A DNA stretch of 62,337 nt, counting the filler, from Nitrospirae bacterium CG2_30_53_67 (GTDB taxonomy: Bacteria; CG2-30-53-67), in the NCBI GenBank assembly GCA_001873285.1. It is 5 parts of 5 records of this genome, joined end to end, with 100 filler letters (N's around TTAATTAATTAA, not from the genome) between each part and the next. Parts side by side here need not be neighbours in the genome. Positions count along the whole stretch, not along the records: positions 10,356 to 30,260 come from MNYV01000161.1; 4 more parts are not named here. The stretch is one strand, 5' to 3'. How positions within the stretch are numbered: the stretch's first letter is position 1; each line of letters begins with the position of its first letter. Of this stretch, positions 17,940 to 28,663 are shown in pieces. The notes under the pieces are model-generated. The model worked only from the letters and a program-made list of their open reading frames with translations, was not told where the DNA came from and made no database searches. The position numbers were made by a program, and so were the translations under genes.

Positions 17940-19088
17940 ATGAAATCGCCAAACTTCTTTGATGATCTTTCCCGGAGCGGGTTCTCCAGAAGGGAATTCC
18001 TGAAACTCTGTACGGCTGCGGCTGTCTATATGGGTCTTCCCGCCGGCATGGGGGCCCGTATCGCCGAGGCCGTGGCCGGTCCGAAACGTCCGACCGTCAT
18101 CTGGCTCTCCGGACAGGCCTGCACCGGCTGCGTCGAGTCCCTGCTCAGGCCGAACCATCCCACCCTGGAGCATCTGATCCTCGATGTGATCTCGCTGGAC
18201 TATCTGGAGACTCTGAGCACGGGCGCCGGCCATCAGGCTGAAGAATATCGCAAGAAATCGGTTGAGGAAAACAAGGGAAGGTTCATTCTTGTCGTGGATG
18301 GGTCCGTGCCCATCAAAGACGGCGGTATTTACTGCAAGATCGGCGGAGAGACCATGGTGGACCTGGTGACGGAGATGGGATCGCAGGCCATGGCCGTCAT
18401 CGCCATCGGGTCCTGTGCATCATGGGGCGGCATCCCCTCCGCGCATCCCAACCCGACGGGGGCGACCCCGGTGTATCAGGTGCTCAAGTACAAGGGGATC
18501 GAGACCCCTGTGGTCAATGTGCCGGGGTGTCCTCCGAACGGCTACAACTTCCTCTCCACGGTTCTTCACTTCCTCACCTTCCAGAAGCTGCCCGAGGTTG
18601 ACGACAAACTGAGGCCCAAGTTTGCCTACGGGCGGCTGATCCATGAAAATTGTGAGCGGCGCCCCCATTTTGATGCAGGGAGGTACGCCGAGGCCTTCGG
18701 TGATGAGGGGCACCGGAAAGGCTGGTGCCTCTATAAACTCGGATGCAAAGGGCCGGAGACGTACAACAACTGTCCCGCCATCCTCTTCGGCGACGTGGGT
18801 TCGGGGGCCTGGCCCGTGGGTACGGGGCACCCCTGCTTCGGATGCTCCGAAGGAGGCGTGGGCTTCAATGTGCCGCTGCACACCATGGCCCGGCTGAATT
18901 TCTGGACAACTCCGGCTTTTTATCCGCATATCTTTGAGCGCAGGGGCGAAGGCCTGTCGCTGGCAGAGGGCGCCGTGATTGTTGCCGTGGGCGGCGCTGC
19001 CATCGGAGCCGGGGCCATGATTGCCAGGAACCTCGGTAAGCACGAAGGGCAGGAAGGAGAAAAAACCTCAGAAGATACAGAATCTTAA
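17940..19088 (+). CDS. hybO: [NiFe]-hydrogenase small subunit (Tat signal, C-terminal TM)
   Basis: SRREFLK, CTGC, GCPP, HENC, CLYKLGCKGP, HPCFGC. Confidence 0.92.
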   Translation: MKSPNFFDDLSRSGFSRREFLKLCTAAAVYMGLPAGMGARIAEAVAGPKRPTVIWLSGQACTGCVESLLRPNHPTLEHLILDVISLDYLETLSTGAGHQAEEYRKKSVEENKGRFILVVDGSVPIKDGGIYCKIGGETMVDLVTEMGSQAMAVIAIGSCASWGGIPSAHPNPTGATPVYQVLKYKGIETPVVNVPGCPPNGYNFLSTVLHFLTFQKLPEVDDKLRPKFAYGRLIHENCERRPHFDAGRYAEAFGDEGHRKGWCLYKLGCKGPETYNNCPAILFGDVGSGAWPVGTGHPCFGCSEGGVGFNVPLHTMARLNFWTTPAFYPHIFERRGEGLSLAEGAVIVAVGGAAIGAGAMIARNLGKHEGQEGEKTSEDTES

Positions 19089-19091
19089 AAG

Positions 19092-19248
19092 AGATGGACT
19101 CATAAAAAGTCCTCAAATGGGACGGCACAGTAAAAAGCTCCGGATGCAAGGCGCGCAAATCCTGAGGAATGAGGCGTACTAAGAGGTACGCTGCAATGAC
19201 GAAGGATGAAGCGCAACGCCGCAGACGGACTTTTTACGAAGCCGTCAA
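19092..19248 (+). mobile_element. MITE-like family B copy 1
   Basis: Ends GATGGACTCATAAAAAGTC ... GACTTTTTACGAAGCCGTCAA; homologous to 44135-44382 and 54397-54553. Confidence 0.85.
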
Positions 19249-19260
19249 GAGAGGTAGGCC

Positions 19261-20214
19261 ATGGATATGAAGCGACGGGATTTTCTGAAGGCGGCGGCCG
19301 GGAGCGGTGTGCTCTTGACCTTGGGGGCGGGACCCGCTTTTGCGAGGGCGCCCAAGCTGCTGCTGCCGGGAGCGGTGGGGATCCTCTATGACGCAACGGT
19401 CTGCATCGGCTGCAAGGCGTGCGTCTCGGCATGCAAGCAGTACAACGATATGCCTCCCGAACATTCCTCGCTCGAAAGGCTTTATGATGACCCGCTGGAT
19501 CTTTCTTCCAAGACGTTGAATGTGATCAAACTCTATTCCAACGGTACGGGCGCCGTGAAAGACCGTGAGATCGACGGGTATTCCTATATCAAGAGGCACT
19601 GCATGCATTGCATTGATCCGGCCTGTGTCTCGGCCTGCCCGGTCTCGGCGCTTACCAAGGATCCTTCTAACGGCGTGGTCCAGTACAACAAAAATGCCTG
19701 CCTCGGGTGCCGGTACTGTCAGATCGCGTGTCCCTTCAACGTTCCCAAGTTCCAATGGGATCAACCCTTTCCTCAGATCAAGAAGTGCCGGCTCTGCGCC
19801 CACCGGCTGGTCAAGGGCGGCATGCCCGCCTGCTGTGAGTTCTGCCCCACGGGGGCCTCGCTCTTCGGCCACGTGGCAGACCTCAGGCTTGAGGCAAGGC
19901 GGAGGTTGAGCCTGGAGCCGGGGCAATGGTACGAGTATCCCGTGCAGACGGTCACCTCATCATTCAAGAACTACCGGCAGGTTTCCCTGTATGTCCACCA
20001 TATTTACGGCGAAAAGGAAGGGGGAGGCGCCCAGGTCCTCCTCATGGCCGGAGTCCCCTTCGACAAGCTCGGACTTCCGGCGCTCCCGGACCAATCCGAT
20101 GCCAACCGGTCGGAAAGCATCCAGCATACCATCTATAATAAAATGATCGCTCCGGTGGGGCTTCTCGGCATCCTGCTCTATAAAGTCTACATCAACACAA
20201 AGGACGAAGAATAA
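19261..20214 (+). CDS. hybA: Hydrogenase-2 4Fe-4S ferredoxin subunit HybA
   Basis: Tat RRDFLK; four Cys clusters CIGCKAC, CMHC, CLGCRYC, CRLC. Confidence 0.9.
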   Translation: MDMKRRDFLKAAAGSGVLLTLGAGPAFARAPKLLLPGAVGILYDATVCIGCKACVSACKQYNDMPPEHSSLERLYDDPLDLSSKTLNVIKLYSNGTGAVKDREIDGYSYIKRHCMHCIDPACVSACPVSALTKDPSNGVVQYNKNACLGCRYCQIACPFNVPKFQWDQPFPQIKKCRLCAHRLVKGGMPACCEFCPTGASLFGHVADLRLEARRRLSLEPGQWYEYPVQTVTSSFKNYRQVSLYVHHIYGEKEGGGAQVLLMAGVPFDKLGLPALPDQSDANRSESIQHTIYNKMIAPVGLLGILLYKVYINTKDEE

Positions 20215-20223
20215 GGAGATGCC

Positions 20224-21360
20224 ATGACTCAAGCCAAGCCCTTAAGCGGCAAGATCCTGACCAAGACCTTCCTCCTCTGTTCGGTCTTTGTCCTGATGGC
20301 GCTCTATTTTCTTGCCCAGCGGTTCATATACGGGCTCGGCGCCGTGACCCACATGAACGACGGCTACCCCTGGGGCCTATGGATCACCTATGACGTCCTG
20401 GTCGGAACCGCCCTTGCGTGCGGCGGATATGCCATGGCGCTGCTCGTCTATGTATTCAACCGGGGAGAGTACCATCCCCTTGTGCGGCCGGCCCTGCTGA
20501 CCAGTCTCTTGGGCTACACCATCGGCGGCGTCTCTATCTTCGTGGATGTGGGCCGGTACTGGCAGGCCTATAACTTAGTTCTCCCCTGGTTCTCCCAGCT
20601 CAACTCGGTCATGTTTGAAGTGGCGCTCTGCATCACCACCTATGTTCTCGTCCTCTGGATCGAGTTTGCTCCCATATCCCTGGAACGATTTAATCAGCCA
20701 AGGCTCCTGAAAATCCTGAACCGGATGGTGGTGGTCTTCATCGCCGTCGGCGTGCTCCTGCCGACCCTGCATCAGTCGTCACTGGGCCTGCTGGTCTACA
20801 TCGCCGGGCAGAAGATCTCCCCTCTGTGGCAGACCGGTCTCCTGCCCCTTCTGTTCCTCCTTTCGGCGATCACCATGGGCTATTCCATGGTCATCTTCGA
20901 AGCGATTATCTCAGCCCTAACCTTCAGGAGGCCCATGGAAATAAAACTGCTCCAGGGCATCTCGGCCATTATCTCCAATCTGATCGGACTCTACCTGGTG
21001 CTCCGTTTCGGGGACCTCGTCTGGCGGGAAGAGCTAAGACTCGCCTTCAAGGGAGACTTGAAGGGCAACATGTTTCTGATCGAGAACCTCCTGCTCATCT
21101 TCCCCATGGTGGCTTTATCCAAGCCGTTCAAGATGACTAAGCCGCGCTGGCTTTTCGTTTCCGCGGCATTGATGCTCCTCTCGGGCGCCGTGTACCGCTT
21201 CAATACGTATCTGATCGGATATGACCCGGGCCCGGAATGGCGGTATTTCCCTTCGGTCCCGGAGACCATGATCGTCCTCGGATTCATTGCTCTGGAGATC
21301 ATGGGCTACCTGTACGTGGTCAAGAAGTATCCGGTGCTGTCAGGCGCAAAGAAGGGATGA
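20224..21360 (+). CDS. hybB: Hydrogenase-2 NrfD/PsrC-type membrane subunit HybB
   Basis: GLGAVTHMNDGYPWGLWI, YHPLVRPA, LPTLHQSSLG, YFPS. Confidence 0.9.
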   Translation: MTQAKPLSGKILTKTFLLCSVFVLMALYFLAQRFIYGLGAVTHMNDGYPWGLWITYDVLVGTALACGGYAMALLVYVFNRGEYHPLVRPALLTSLLGYTIGGVSIFVDVGRYWQAYNLVLPWFSQLNSVMFEVALCITTYVLVLWIEFAPISLERFNQPRLLKILNRMVVVFIAVGVLLPTLHQSSLGLLVYIAGQKISPLWQTGLLPLLFLLSAITMGYSMVIFEAIISALTFRRPMEIKLLQGISAIISNLIGLYLVLRFGDLVWREELRLAFKGDLKGNMFLIENLLLIFPMVALSKPFKMTKPRWLFVSAALMLLSGAVYRFNTYLIGYDPGPEWRYFPSVPETMIVLGFIALEIMGYLYVVKKYPVLSGAKKG

Positions 21361-21419
21361 TGCGCAGTATTTTTTTCAGAAACTGTGTCGGGAAAAGCCA
21401 AGTCATATAGGAGGGCCCT

Positions 21420-23120
21420 ATGGCAAAGAGAATCGTTGTGGACCCGATTACAAGAATTGAAGGCCACCTGCGGATCGACTGCGAGGTGGACGGCGGAAAA
21501 ATCACGAATGCCTGGTCTTCCGGCCAGATGTGGCGCGGGATCGAAGTCATCCTCAAGGGAAGGGACCCGAGGGAGGCCTGGATCTTTACCCAGAGGATCT
21601 GCGGTGTGTGCACCACGGTGCACGCCGTGGCTTCCGTCCGCTGCGTTGAAAACGCGCTCGGGATGGAGGTTCCCATGAACGCCCAGCACATCCGGAACCT
21701 CATCATCGGCGCTCACGGGGTCCATGACCATATGGTGCACTTCTATCATCTGGCGGCCCTCGACTGGGTGGATATCGTCTCCGCGCTCAAGGCCGACCCA
21801 AGGGCCGCGGCTCAACTGGGGCAGAAGCTTTCTCCCTGGCCTCGGAACACCTATGAGGAGATCAAGGCCGCGCAGGAGAGGCTGCAGGGTTTGGTGGACT
21901 CCGGCCAGCTCGGCGTCTATGGGAGCGGCTACTGGGGGCACCCGGCCATGAAACTCGCCCCCGAGGTCAACCTCCTGGCCGCCGTCCACTATCTGCAGGC
22001 CTTGGAGTACCAGAGGGAGATCAACAAGGTGGTCGGCATCCTCGGGAGCAAAACCCCGCACATACAGAATCTCGCCGTGGGCGGCGTAGCCAACCCCATC
22101 AATCCCGAGAGCCAGTCCACCCTTACACTCGAGAGACTCTATTACGTCAAGAGCCTGATCGACAAGGTGGGTGAGTTCGTGGAAGACGTCATGCTCGTGG
22201 ATACGGCGGCCGTGGGCGCCTTTTATGCCGACTGGACCGGATACGGAAAGGGAGTCACGGATTATCTCTCGGTTCCGGATATGCCCATGGACACCCGGGG
22301 CACGGTCTTCGCTCTGCCTGGCGGATATATCCCCAACGGCGATATCAGCAAGTTCACCCCCATCAAGAGCTACCATGACGATTTTTTCATGAAGAACGTG
22401 AAGGAGAGCATCAAACATTCCTGGTATGACGGCGACTGGAACCGGCACCCGTGGGACGAGGATACGGCGCCGAAATACACGGATTTTCAGGATAACGGCA
22501 AGTATTCGTGGGTCAAGTCGCCGAGCTTTCAGGGGAAGCCCGCCCAGGTGGGGCCTCTGGCCAATGTTCTCTGCATGTATGCCGCCGGTCACGAACCCAC
22601 GAAAAAGTATGTGGACAAAACCCTGGCCACGGTCAGCTCCCTGGCCGGCACAAAAGTCGGGGTGGATGCCCTGCACTCCACCATCGGCAGGATCGCGGCC
22701 CGGTCGGTTCGGTGCGCCGTGCTCTACGACACCCTCAAGGGACAGTGGCAGGCCTTGATGGAGAACATCGCCAAAGGCGATATGACGACGTACAACCGCC
22801 CGGTTTTCCCCAAGGGCGAGCAGCGGGGATTCGGTTTCCATGAGGCCCCCAGGGGGACGCTCTCACACTGGATCGTGATCCAGGACGGGCGTATCGGGAA
22901 CTACCAGGCCGTGGTCCCCTCCACGTGGAACGCGGGACCGAGAAACGACGAAGACGCCCTGGGTCCTTATGAAGCATCCCTGATCGGGAATCCTGTGGCT
23001 GACCCGGAAAGACCATTGGAGGTCCTGAGGACCATCCATTCCTTTGACCCCTGTCTGGCCTGCGCGATTCACCTGGTGGACAAAAGGAACCATGAGATCG
23101 TGAGGGTCAAGGCGCTATAA
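21420..23120 (+). CDS. hybC: [NiFe]-hydrogenase large subunit (Hyb type)
   Basis: DPITRIEGH, L1 RICGVC, L2 SFDPCLACAIH plus cleavable tail. Confidence 0.95.
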   Translation: MAKRIVVDPITRIEGHLRIDCEVDGGKITNAWSSGQMWRGIEVILKGRDPREAWIFTQRICGVCTTVHAVASVRCVENALGMEVPMNAQHIRNLIIGAHGVHDHMVHFYHLAALDWVDIVSALKADPRAAAQLGQKLSPWPRNTYEEIKAAQERLQGLVDSGQLGVYGSGYWGHPAMKLAPEVNLLAAVHYLQALEYQREINKVVGILGSKTPHIQNLAVGGVANPINPESQSTLTLERLYYVKSLIDKVGEFVEDVMLVDTAAVGAFYADWTGYGKGVTDYLSVPDMPMDTRGTVFALPGGYIPNGDISKFTPIKSYHDDFFMKNVKESIKHSWYDGDWNRHPWDEDTAPKYTDFQDNGKYSWVKSPSFQGKPAQVGPLANVLCMYAAGHEPTKKYVDKTLATVSSLAGTKVGVDALHSTIGRIAARSVRCAVLYDTLKGQWQALMENIAKGDMTTYNRPVFPKGEQRGFGFHEAPRGTLSHWIVIQDGRIGNYQAVVPSTWNAGPRNDEDALGPYEASLIGNPVADPERPLEVLRTIHSFDPCLACAIHLVDKRNHEIVRVKAL

Positions 23121-23137
23121 TGGCGTGCAGGACCTAA

Positions 23138-23300
23138 GTGGTCCTGTTCGTAAATATGGTAACGTACCGAGATGGTCGTAGTGCGGTCTCATCAAGGCGC
23201 GCGACTGAGGCGTACCCCCTGTGGTACGTCGCAAGGAGCGGAACGCCGAGGAGACCGCACTACGACCCTCGAATGCGACCGTATTTACGAATAGGGCCAC
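23138..23300 (+). mobile_element. MITE-like family A copy inside the hydrogenase operon
   Basis: TIRs, TAA duplication, CTAAG context. Confidence 0.9.
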
Positions 23301-23329
23301 TAAGACTGCAAGAGCCTTGAGGAGGATCA

Positions 23330-23845
23330 TTGAACGTCTTGGTGCTTGGAATCGGGAATGTCCTCCTCATGGATGAAGGAGCGGGGGTTCGGGCCGTTGA
23401 GGAAATGGATCGGAGGTTCCAACTTCCCGAAAGTGTCGAGACCCTGGACGGCGGCACATCGGGGATCGACCTTCTCCCCTATATTCGGAACAGGGACTAT
23501 TTGATTATCATTGATGCCGTCAAGAGCGGTCACCCTCCGGGCGCCGTGGTCAGGGTGGAGGGGGAGGACGTTCCCGCCACGTTCAGAACAAGGATTTCAC
23601 CCCATCAACTCGGTCTTTCCGACCTTCTCGCCGCCGCACGGCTGACAGGGGAATTTCCCGCCCGGATGGTCCTCTTCGGTGTGGAACCGAAACGGATCGA
23701 AGTGGGGCTCGGCCTTTCGGATGAAGTTAAAGAAGGCCTGGAGCAGCTCATTGATATGGTGGCTGGAGAACTTCGATCCCTGGGCTGCGAGGTGGAACTC
23801 AAGGCCGGGGCAACACCCGCAGCCAAGAGCTTCTGGGAAGAATGA
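23330..23845 (+). CDS. hybD: Hydrogenase maturation endopeptidase
   Basis: VLGIGNVLLMDEGAG, DGGT, IIDAV, SPHQLG. Confidence 0.9.
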   Translation: MNVLVLGIGNVLLMDEGAGVRAVEEMDRRFQLPESVETLDGGTSGIDLLPYIRNRDYLIIIDAVKSGHPPGAVVRVEGEDVPATFRTRISPHQLGLSDLLAAARLTGEFPARMVLFGVEPKRIEVGLGLSDEVKEGLEQLIDMVAGELRSLGCEVELKAGATPAAKSFWEE

Positions 23846-23888
23846 AGGCGGACGACAAACGACGGATGACAGAAAACAAAGGGAAGCC

Positions 23889-24122
23889 ATGTGTCTCGCG
23901 GTACCCTCGAAGATCGTGAAGATAGACGGGCAGAAGGCCACCGTGGACGTTTACGGCGCCCGCCGGGAAGTGAACCTCATGCTCCTGCCTGAAGAAGCGG
24001 GCATCGGGGATTATGTACTGGTGCACGCGGGATTTGCCATGCAGAGAGTCGATCGGGAATCAGCCGAAGAGTCGCTGCGTCTCATCAGCCGTCTGGTGAA
24101 CGGACAGGAAGAGGAACCCTGA
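23889..24122 (+). CDS. hypC: Hydrogenase chaperone HypC
   Basis: MCLAVP, GDYVLVHAGFA. Confidence 0.95.
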   Translation: MCLAVPSKIVKIDGQKATVDVYGARREVNLMLLPEEAGIGDYVLVHAGFAMQRVDRESAEESLRLISRLVNGQEEEP

Positions 24123-24165
24123 GCAATCGCAATCCTTCTTTGAAAGAGGACGGCATCCTGGGGAT

Positions 24166-24519
24166 ATGATCGTGCATGAATTATCCGTCGCCATGAACAT
24201 GATTGAGATGGCAGAGTCTGCCTGCGTGGAGCAGGGATATTCCCGTGTGGAAGCCGTGAGCATCCGGGTAGGACGGGCATCGGGCATCATGAGGGATGCC
24301 CTTGTGTTTGCCTTCGACTGCGCAAAGGCCGGAACCCTGGCCGCGGATGCGCGCCTCGATATTGAGGACGTGCCCGTGGGAGGCGCCTGCAACGACTGCC
24401 ATGCCGAGTTTTCGGTGGAGGAGGCCTTTGTATTCAATTGCCCGGCATGCGGGGGCAAATCTTTTCAGATCACCTCCGGACAGGAACTGCACATCGTGGA
24501 ATTGGAGGTTGACTCATGA
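24166..24519 (+). CDS. hypA: Ni metallochaperone HypA (probable GTG start at 24172)
   Basis: HELS, CNDC, CPACG. Confidence 0.93.
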   Translation: MIVHELSVAMNMIEMAESACVEQGYSRVEAVSIRVGRASGIMRDALVFAFDCAKAGTLAADARLDIEDVPVGGACNDCHAEFSVEEAFVFNCPACGGKSFQITSGQELHIVELEVDS

Positions 24520-25169
24520 AGGTCAAGATGATGAGAAAAATTCTTGAAGCAAACGACCGGATTGCCGAAAACAACCGCCATATCCTCTCCAAGGCAGGTC
24601 TCCTCACCCTCAACCTCATGTCCGCCCCGGGAGCGGGAAAGACGACGCTTCTTTCCAGGACTATCCGGGCCCTGGACGGCCGGATCCGGATAGGCGTGAT
24701 CGAAGGAGATATCCAGGGGACCCACGACGCAGAAGTCATTTCGGCCTTGCATGTGCCGGTTGTCCAGATCAACACCGAGGGGGCCTGCCACCTGGACGCC
24801 AACATGATCGCTGATATGCTGCACGAGCTCCCTCTCGATGAGATGGACCTGCTGGTCATCGAAAACGTGGGGAATCTGGTCTGCCCGGCGGAATTCGACG
24901 TGGGTGAGGACGCCAAGGTGATGGTTCTCTCCATCACCGAAGGAGATGACAAGCCCCTGAAATATCCGCTGATGTTTCAGAAATCGGAGGTTCTGATTCT
25001 GAACAAGATTGACCTTCTGCCCCATCTCGACGTGGACCTGAATAAGATAAAAAAGGACGTCCGGGCGCTGAATCGCGGCATGGAGATATTCGATCTCTCC
25101 TGCAAGAGCGGAGAGGGGCTGATTGACTGGATCCAATGGCTGGAGAAAAGGATGGGCCGGCTCCATTGA
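24516..25169 (+). CDS. hypB: GTPase HypB
   Basis: SAPGAGKTT, CHLDA, ENVGNLVCPAEF, EGDDKPLKYP, NKID. Confidence 0.95.
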   Translation: MKVKMMRKILEANDRIAENNRHILSKAGLLTLNLMSAPGAGKTTLLSRTIRALDGRIRIGVIEGDIQGTHDAEVISALHVPVVQINTEGACHLDANMIADMLHELPLDEMDLLVIENVGNLVCPAEFDVGEDAKVMVLSITEGDDKPLKYPLMFQKSEVLILNKIDLLPHLDVDLNKIKKDVRALNRGMEIFDLSCKSGEGLIDWIQWLEKRMGRLH

Positions 25170-25217
25170 GTTTTTAAAAGGCCTGCGCGATCTTCGCAGC
25201 GGGGAGATTTCTCGGGT

Positions 25218-27551
25218 ATGGCGCAGAGGACGGAATCGGAAATCAAAAGGCTGCGGATCGAGGTGAAGGGCGTGGTCCAGGGGGTCGGCTTCAGGCCTTT
25301 TGTCTATCATCTGGCCCGCTCCAACCGGCTCAACGGCTACGTGATGAACTCCTCTTCCGGCGTGGTGATCGAGGTTGAAGGCGCCGCCACGGATGCCTTC
25401 ATGGCATCGTTCCGGAGGACCCCTCCTCCCCTCGCCCGGATCATGAGCGTCCATACCGAGGAACTCTCGCTTAGGGGAGACGGGGATTTTCAAATCCGAC
25501 CGAGTCTAAACCTGGGCGAGTCCACCCAGGTTTCGCCCGATGCCTCCATTTGCGATGATTGCCTCTCTGAAATGCTGGACCCCGGCGACAGACGTTATCT
25601 CTATCCTTTTATCAATTGCACGGACTGCGGGCCCCGTTACACCATCACCCGTGCGGTGCCCTACGACCGCCCTAACACGACCATGTCTCCCTTTCTCATG
25701 TGCCCGGCCTGCCTCAAGGAATATGAAAATCCTGCAGACCGGCGCTTTCATGCGCAACCCAACGCCTGTTCCCTCTGCGGCCCCCAAGTTCTTTTCCTCC
25801 GCGACGGAAGGCAGGAAACCGGGCGGGAGGCCGTGAACGCGACGATCAGGGCCTTGAAAGAGGGTTTGATCGTGGCGGTGAAAGGACTCGGCGGGTTCCA
25901 TCTGGCGGTCGATGCGGAAAACGCCGAGGCTGTTGAAAGACTGAGGCGGCGCAAGCGGAAGAACAACAAGGCCTTTGCGCTCATGGCGCCCGACATGGAG
26001 CATGTGCGGCGCTATTGCCGGCTCTCTCCGGAGGAGGAGGCCTTTCTGCTCTCAAGGGAACGACCGATTCTTCTCCTGCGGAGACGTGAAGACGTACGGA
26101 TGCATGAGCAGGTCGCGCCCGGCGCCCCGGACCTTGGATTCATGCTCCCTTACACGCCCCTTCACGTCCTGCTCTTCCGTCAGCCGCAGGAGGGAAATCC
26201 CGGTCAGTGCCCGAACTTCCGGGCTCTGATCATGACCAGTGGAAACATGAGTGAAGAACCGATCATCAAGGAGAACGCAGGGGCCGCCGAAAAACTCTCT
26301 CCCCTCGCGGATGCCTTCCTTTTTCATGACCGGGAGATTTTCATGCGCGTCGATGACTCCGTTGTACGGCTCGACGGCGGTCGTCCACGGTTCATACGGA
26401 GGGCTCGGGGCTATGTGCCGGTTTCAATCTTTCTTGGAGAGGATGGGCCTGAAGTTCTGGCCTGCGGCGCAGACCTGAAGAACACCTTCACCCTCACCCA
26501 AGGGGACTCGGCCATTGTGAGCCAGCACATCGGAGACATGGAGAACCTGGAGACCCTTGAGTTCTTTGAAGAGACGCTGAACAATCTCAAAGAGGTCTAT
26601 CGCATCTCACCGAGGGCCATCGCGCACGACCTTCACCCGGGATACTTTTCCACCCGCTGGGCGTTGGAGCAGACAGGCGTTCTTAGGGTCGCCATTCAGC
26701 ACCATTACGCGCACATCGGATCGGTCATGGCGGAACAGGGAATCAGAAAAAAAGTGATCGGTGTGGCCCTGGACGGCACGGGATATGGAACCGACGGAAC
26801 GATATGGGGCGGCGAGTTCCTGGTGGCCGATCTCCGGGGATTCGAACGGGCCGCCTCGTTTAAGCCCATCCCCCTTCCCGGCGGAGAAGCCGCCGTAAAA
26901 GCTCCATGGGTCATGGCCGTCAGCTATGTGAAGGATCTCTTCGGATCCGATGCCCTCTCTTATCTCGATGCCCTGGGATTCCTGGGGAAATTCGGCGCCC
27001 GGACGGTCGGTAATGTGCTGAAGCTGACTGAGAATCCCGGCCTCTCACCGCAGACCTCATCGGCGGGCCGGCTCTTCGACGCGGTCTCCTCTCTGCTGGG
27101 CCTGAGAGACAGCAACACCTATGAAGGGGAGGCCGCCATGGCCCTCGAGTCCGGCGCAAGCTCAGGGCGGCACGGGCGCTATCCCTTCCGGATATCAGAG
27201 GGAGCGCATCCGGAGATTGACTTCTCCGAAACCCTGACCGCGCTGATTCAAGACCGCATAGAGAAGAGAGACGCCGGCGCTATCGCCGCCATGTTTCACA
27301 ACACGGTGGCCCAAGCCGTCTGCGATATGGTGATCAGAATATCGGAAGCCACCGGCATCCGGCAGGTCGTCCTGAGCGGGGGAGTCTTCCAAAACAGGCT
27401 GATCCTGAAGGAGGTCATGGAGGCATTGTGCCGGCGGGGTCTTCGTCCCTGCACCAATGAAAAGGTACCGTGCAATGACGGCGGGGTCTCGCTGGGACAG
27501 GCCTATCTCTTAAGGGAGCGTATGAAAAAAGGAGACGGGGAGATCCGATGA
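25218..27551 (+). CDS. hypF: Carbamoyltransferase HypF
   Basis: GVVQGVGFRP, Zn fingers, KGLGGFHL, HDLHP, QHHYAH, NDGGVSLGQ. Confidence 0.96.
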   Translation: MAQRTESEIKRLRIEVKGVVQGVGFRPFVYHLARSNRLNGYVMNSSSGVVIEVEGAATDAFMASFRRTPPPLARIMSVHTEELSLRGDGDFQIRPSLNLGESTQVSPDASICDDCLSEMLDPGDRRYLYPFINCTDCGPRYTITRAVPYDRPNTTMSPFLMCPACLKEYENPADRRFHAQPNACSLCGPQVLFLRDGRQETGREAVNATIRALKEGLIVAVKGLGGFHLAVDAENAEAVERLRRRKRKNNKAFALMAPDMEHVRRYCRLSPEEEAFLLSRERPILLLRRREDVRMHEQVAPGAPDLGFMLPYTPLHVLLFRQPQEGNPGQCPNFRALIMTSGNMSEEPIIKENAGAAEKLSPLADAFLFHDREIFMRVDDSVVRLDGGRPRFIRRARGYVPVSIFLGEDGPEVLACGADLKNTFTLTQGDSAIVSQHIGDMENLETLEFFEETLNNLKEVYRISPRAIAHDLHPGYFSTRWALEQTGVLRVAIQHHYAHIGSVMAEQGIRKKVIGVALDGTGYGTDGTIWGGEFLVADLRGFERAASFKPIPLPGGEAAVKAPWVMAVSYVKDLFGSDALSYLDALGFLGKFGARTVGNVLKLTENPGLSPQTSSAGRLFDAVSSLLGLRDSNTYEGEAAMALESGASSGRHGRYPFRISEGAHPEIDFSETLTALIQDRIEKRDAGAIAAMFHNTVAQAVCDMVIRISEATGIRQVVLSGGVFQNRLILKEVMEALCRRGLRPCTNEKVPCNDGGVSLGQAYLLRERMKKGDGEIR

Positions 27552-28612
27552 ATTTCGACACCCGGCAGGTTAGCGGGAAAATAGGGGAGATGATGCAGTC
27601 CATAGGTCGGCCGGTGAAACTGATGGAAGTCTGCGGCACCCATACCATGGCCATCTTCCGTCACGGGATCCGCTCCCTTCTGCCCGAATCCATTCATCTG
27701 CTGAGCGGACCGGGCTGCCCCGTTTGTGTGACTTCCTTAGGCGACATCGAGGCGGCCGTCTCTCTGGCGCAAACGAAGGGGGTTCTCCTAACCACATTCG
27801 GCGACATGATGAGAGTTCCCGGAAGAAAGCGCTCTCTCGGCGAAGTCAAGGCCGAAGGCGTCGATGTCCGCGTGGTCTACTCGCCTCTGGATGCCCTGGA
27901 CATCGCCGAGAGCCATAAGCAGAAGGAGATCGTCTTCTTCGCGGCGGGATTTGAGACCACTTCGCCGCTTTCGGCCGCCACCCTTTTCGAGGCCGAGCGC
28001 CGCCATATCGGAAACTTTTCCATTTTTTCGGCGCATAAACGGGTGCCGCCTGCCCTTCGGGCCCTGCTCAAGTCAGGAGACGTTCAGGTCGACGGATTTA
28101 TCCTTCCGGGGCACGTCAGCACGGTCATCGGGAGCCTGCCCTACGGCTTTCTTGCCGAAACGTACCGGAAGCCTTCAGTGATCACGGGCTTTGAAGCCTC
28201 CGACGTCCTCTCAGGCATCCTGATGATCCTGAATCAGATCCGATCGGGAAAGGCGGAAGTCAGCATCCAGTACGCCAGTGTGGTCCGGGAAAAGGGGAAT
28301 CCCAGGGCCCTGGCCATGATTGAAGAATTCTTTCAGGTCGAAGACGCCCACTGGAGGGGACTCGGCGCCATTCCGGAAAGCGGTCTGGGACTGAAAGATG
28401 AATTCCGGGATCGGGATGCGATTCGGAGGTTTTCTCTATCCCGTCCCCATCTGAAAGATCCTTCAGGCTGCCGGTGCGGGGACGTCTTAAGAGGGGCGAA
28501 GCTTCCCACGGATTGCAGCCTCTTCGGAAAAGGATGCACTCCCGAAAAGCCCGTGGGGGCCTGCATGGTCAGTGCCGAAGGGAGCTGTGCGGCTTATTAT
28601 CAATATATGTAA
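27548..28612 (+). CDS. hypD: Hydrogenase formation protein HypD
   Basis: MEVCGTHT, GPGCPVCV, GFETT, PGHVS, GACMVSAEGSCAA. Confidence 0.96.
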   Translation: MNFDTRQVSGKIGEMMQSIGRPVKLMEVCGTHTMAIFRHGIRSLLPESIHLLSGPGCPVCVTSLGDIEAAVSLAQTKGVLLTTFGDMMRVPGRKRSLGEVKAEGVDVRVVYSPLDALDIAESHKQKEIVFFAAGFETTSPLSAATLFEAERRHIGNFSIFSAHKRVPPALRALLKSGDVQVDGFILPGHVSTVIGSLPYGFLAETYRKPSVITGFEASDVLSGILMILNQIRSGKAEVSIQYASVVREKGNPRALAMIEEFFQVEDAHWRGLGAIPESGLGLKDEFRDRDAIRRFSLSRPHLKDPSGCRCGDVLRGAKLPTDCSLFGKGCTPEKPVGACMVSAEGSCAAYYQYM

Positions 28613-28663
28613 GCGGGCGCCGTGAGGAATCCCATATCATGAAACAGCGGAAAGGAGCAGGTC

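Noticed and set aside
21420..23120. Possible [NiFeSe] hydrogenase or selenocysteine recoding
   Set aside because: L2 motif is DPCLAC with ordinary Cys codons and no in-frame TGA
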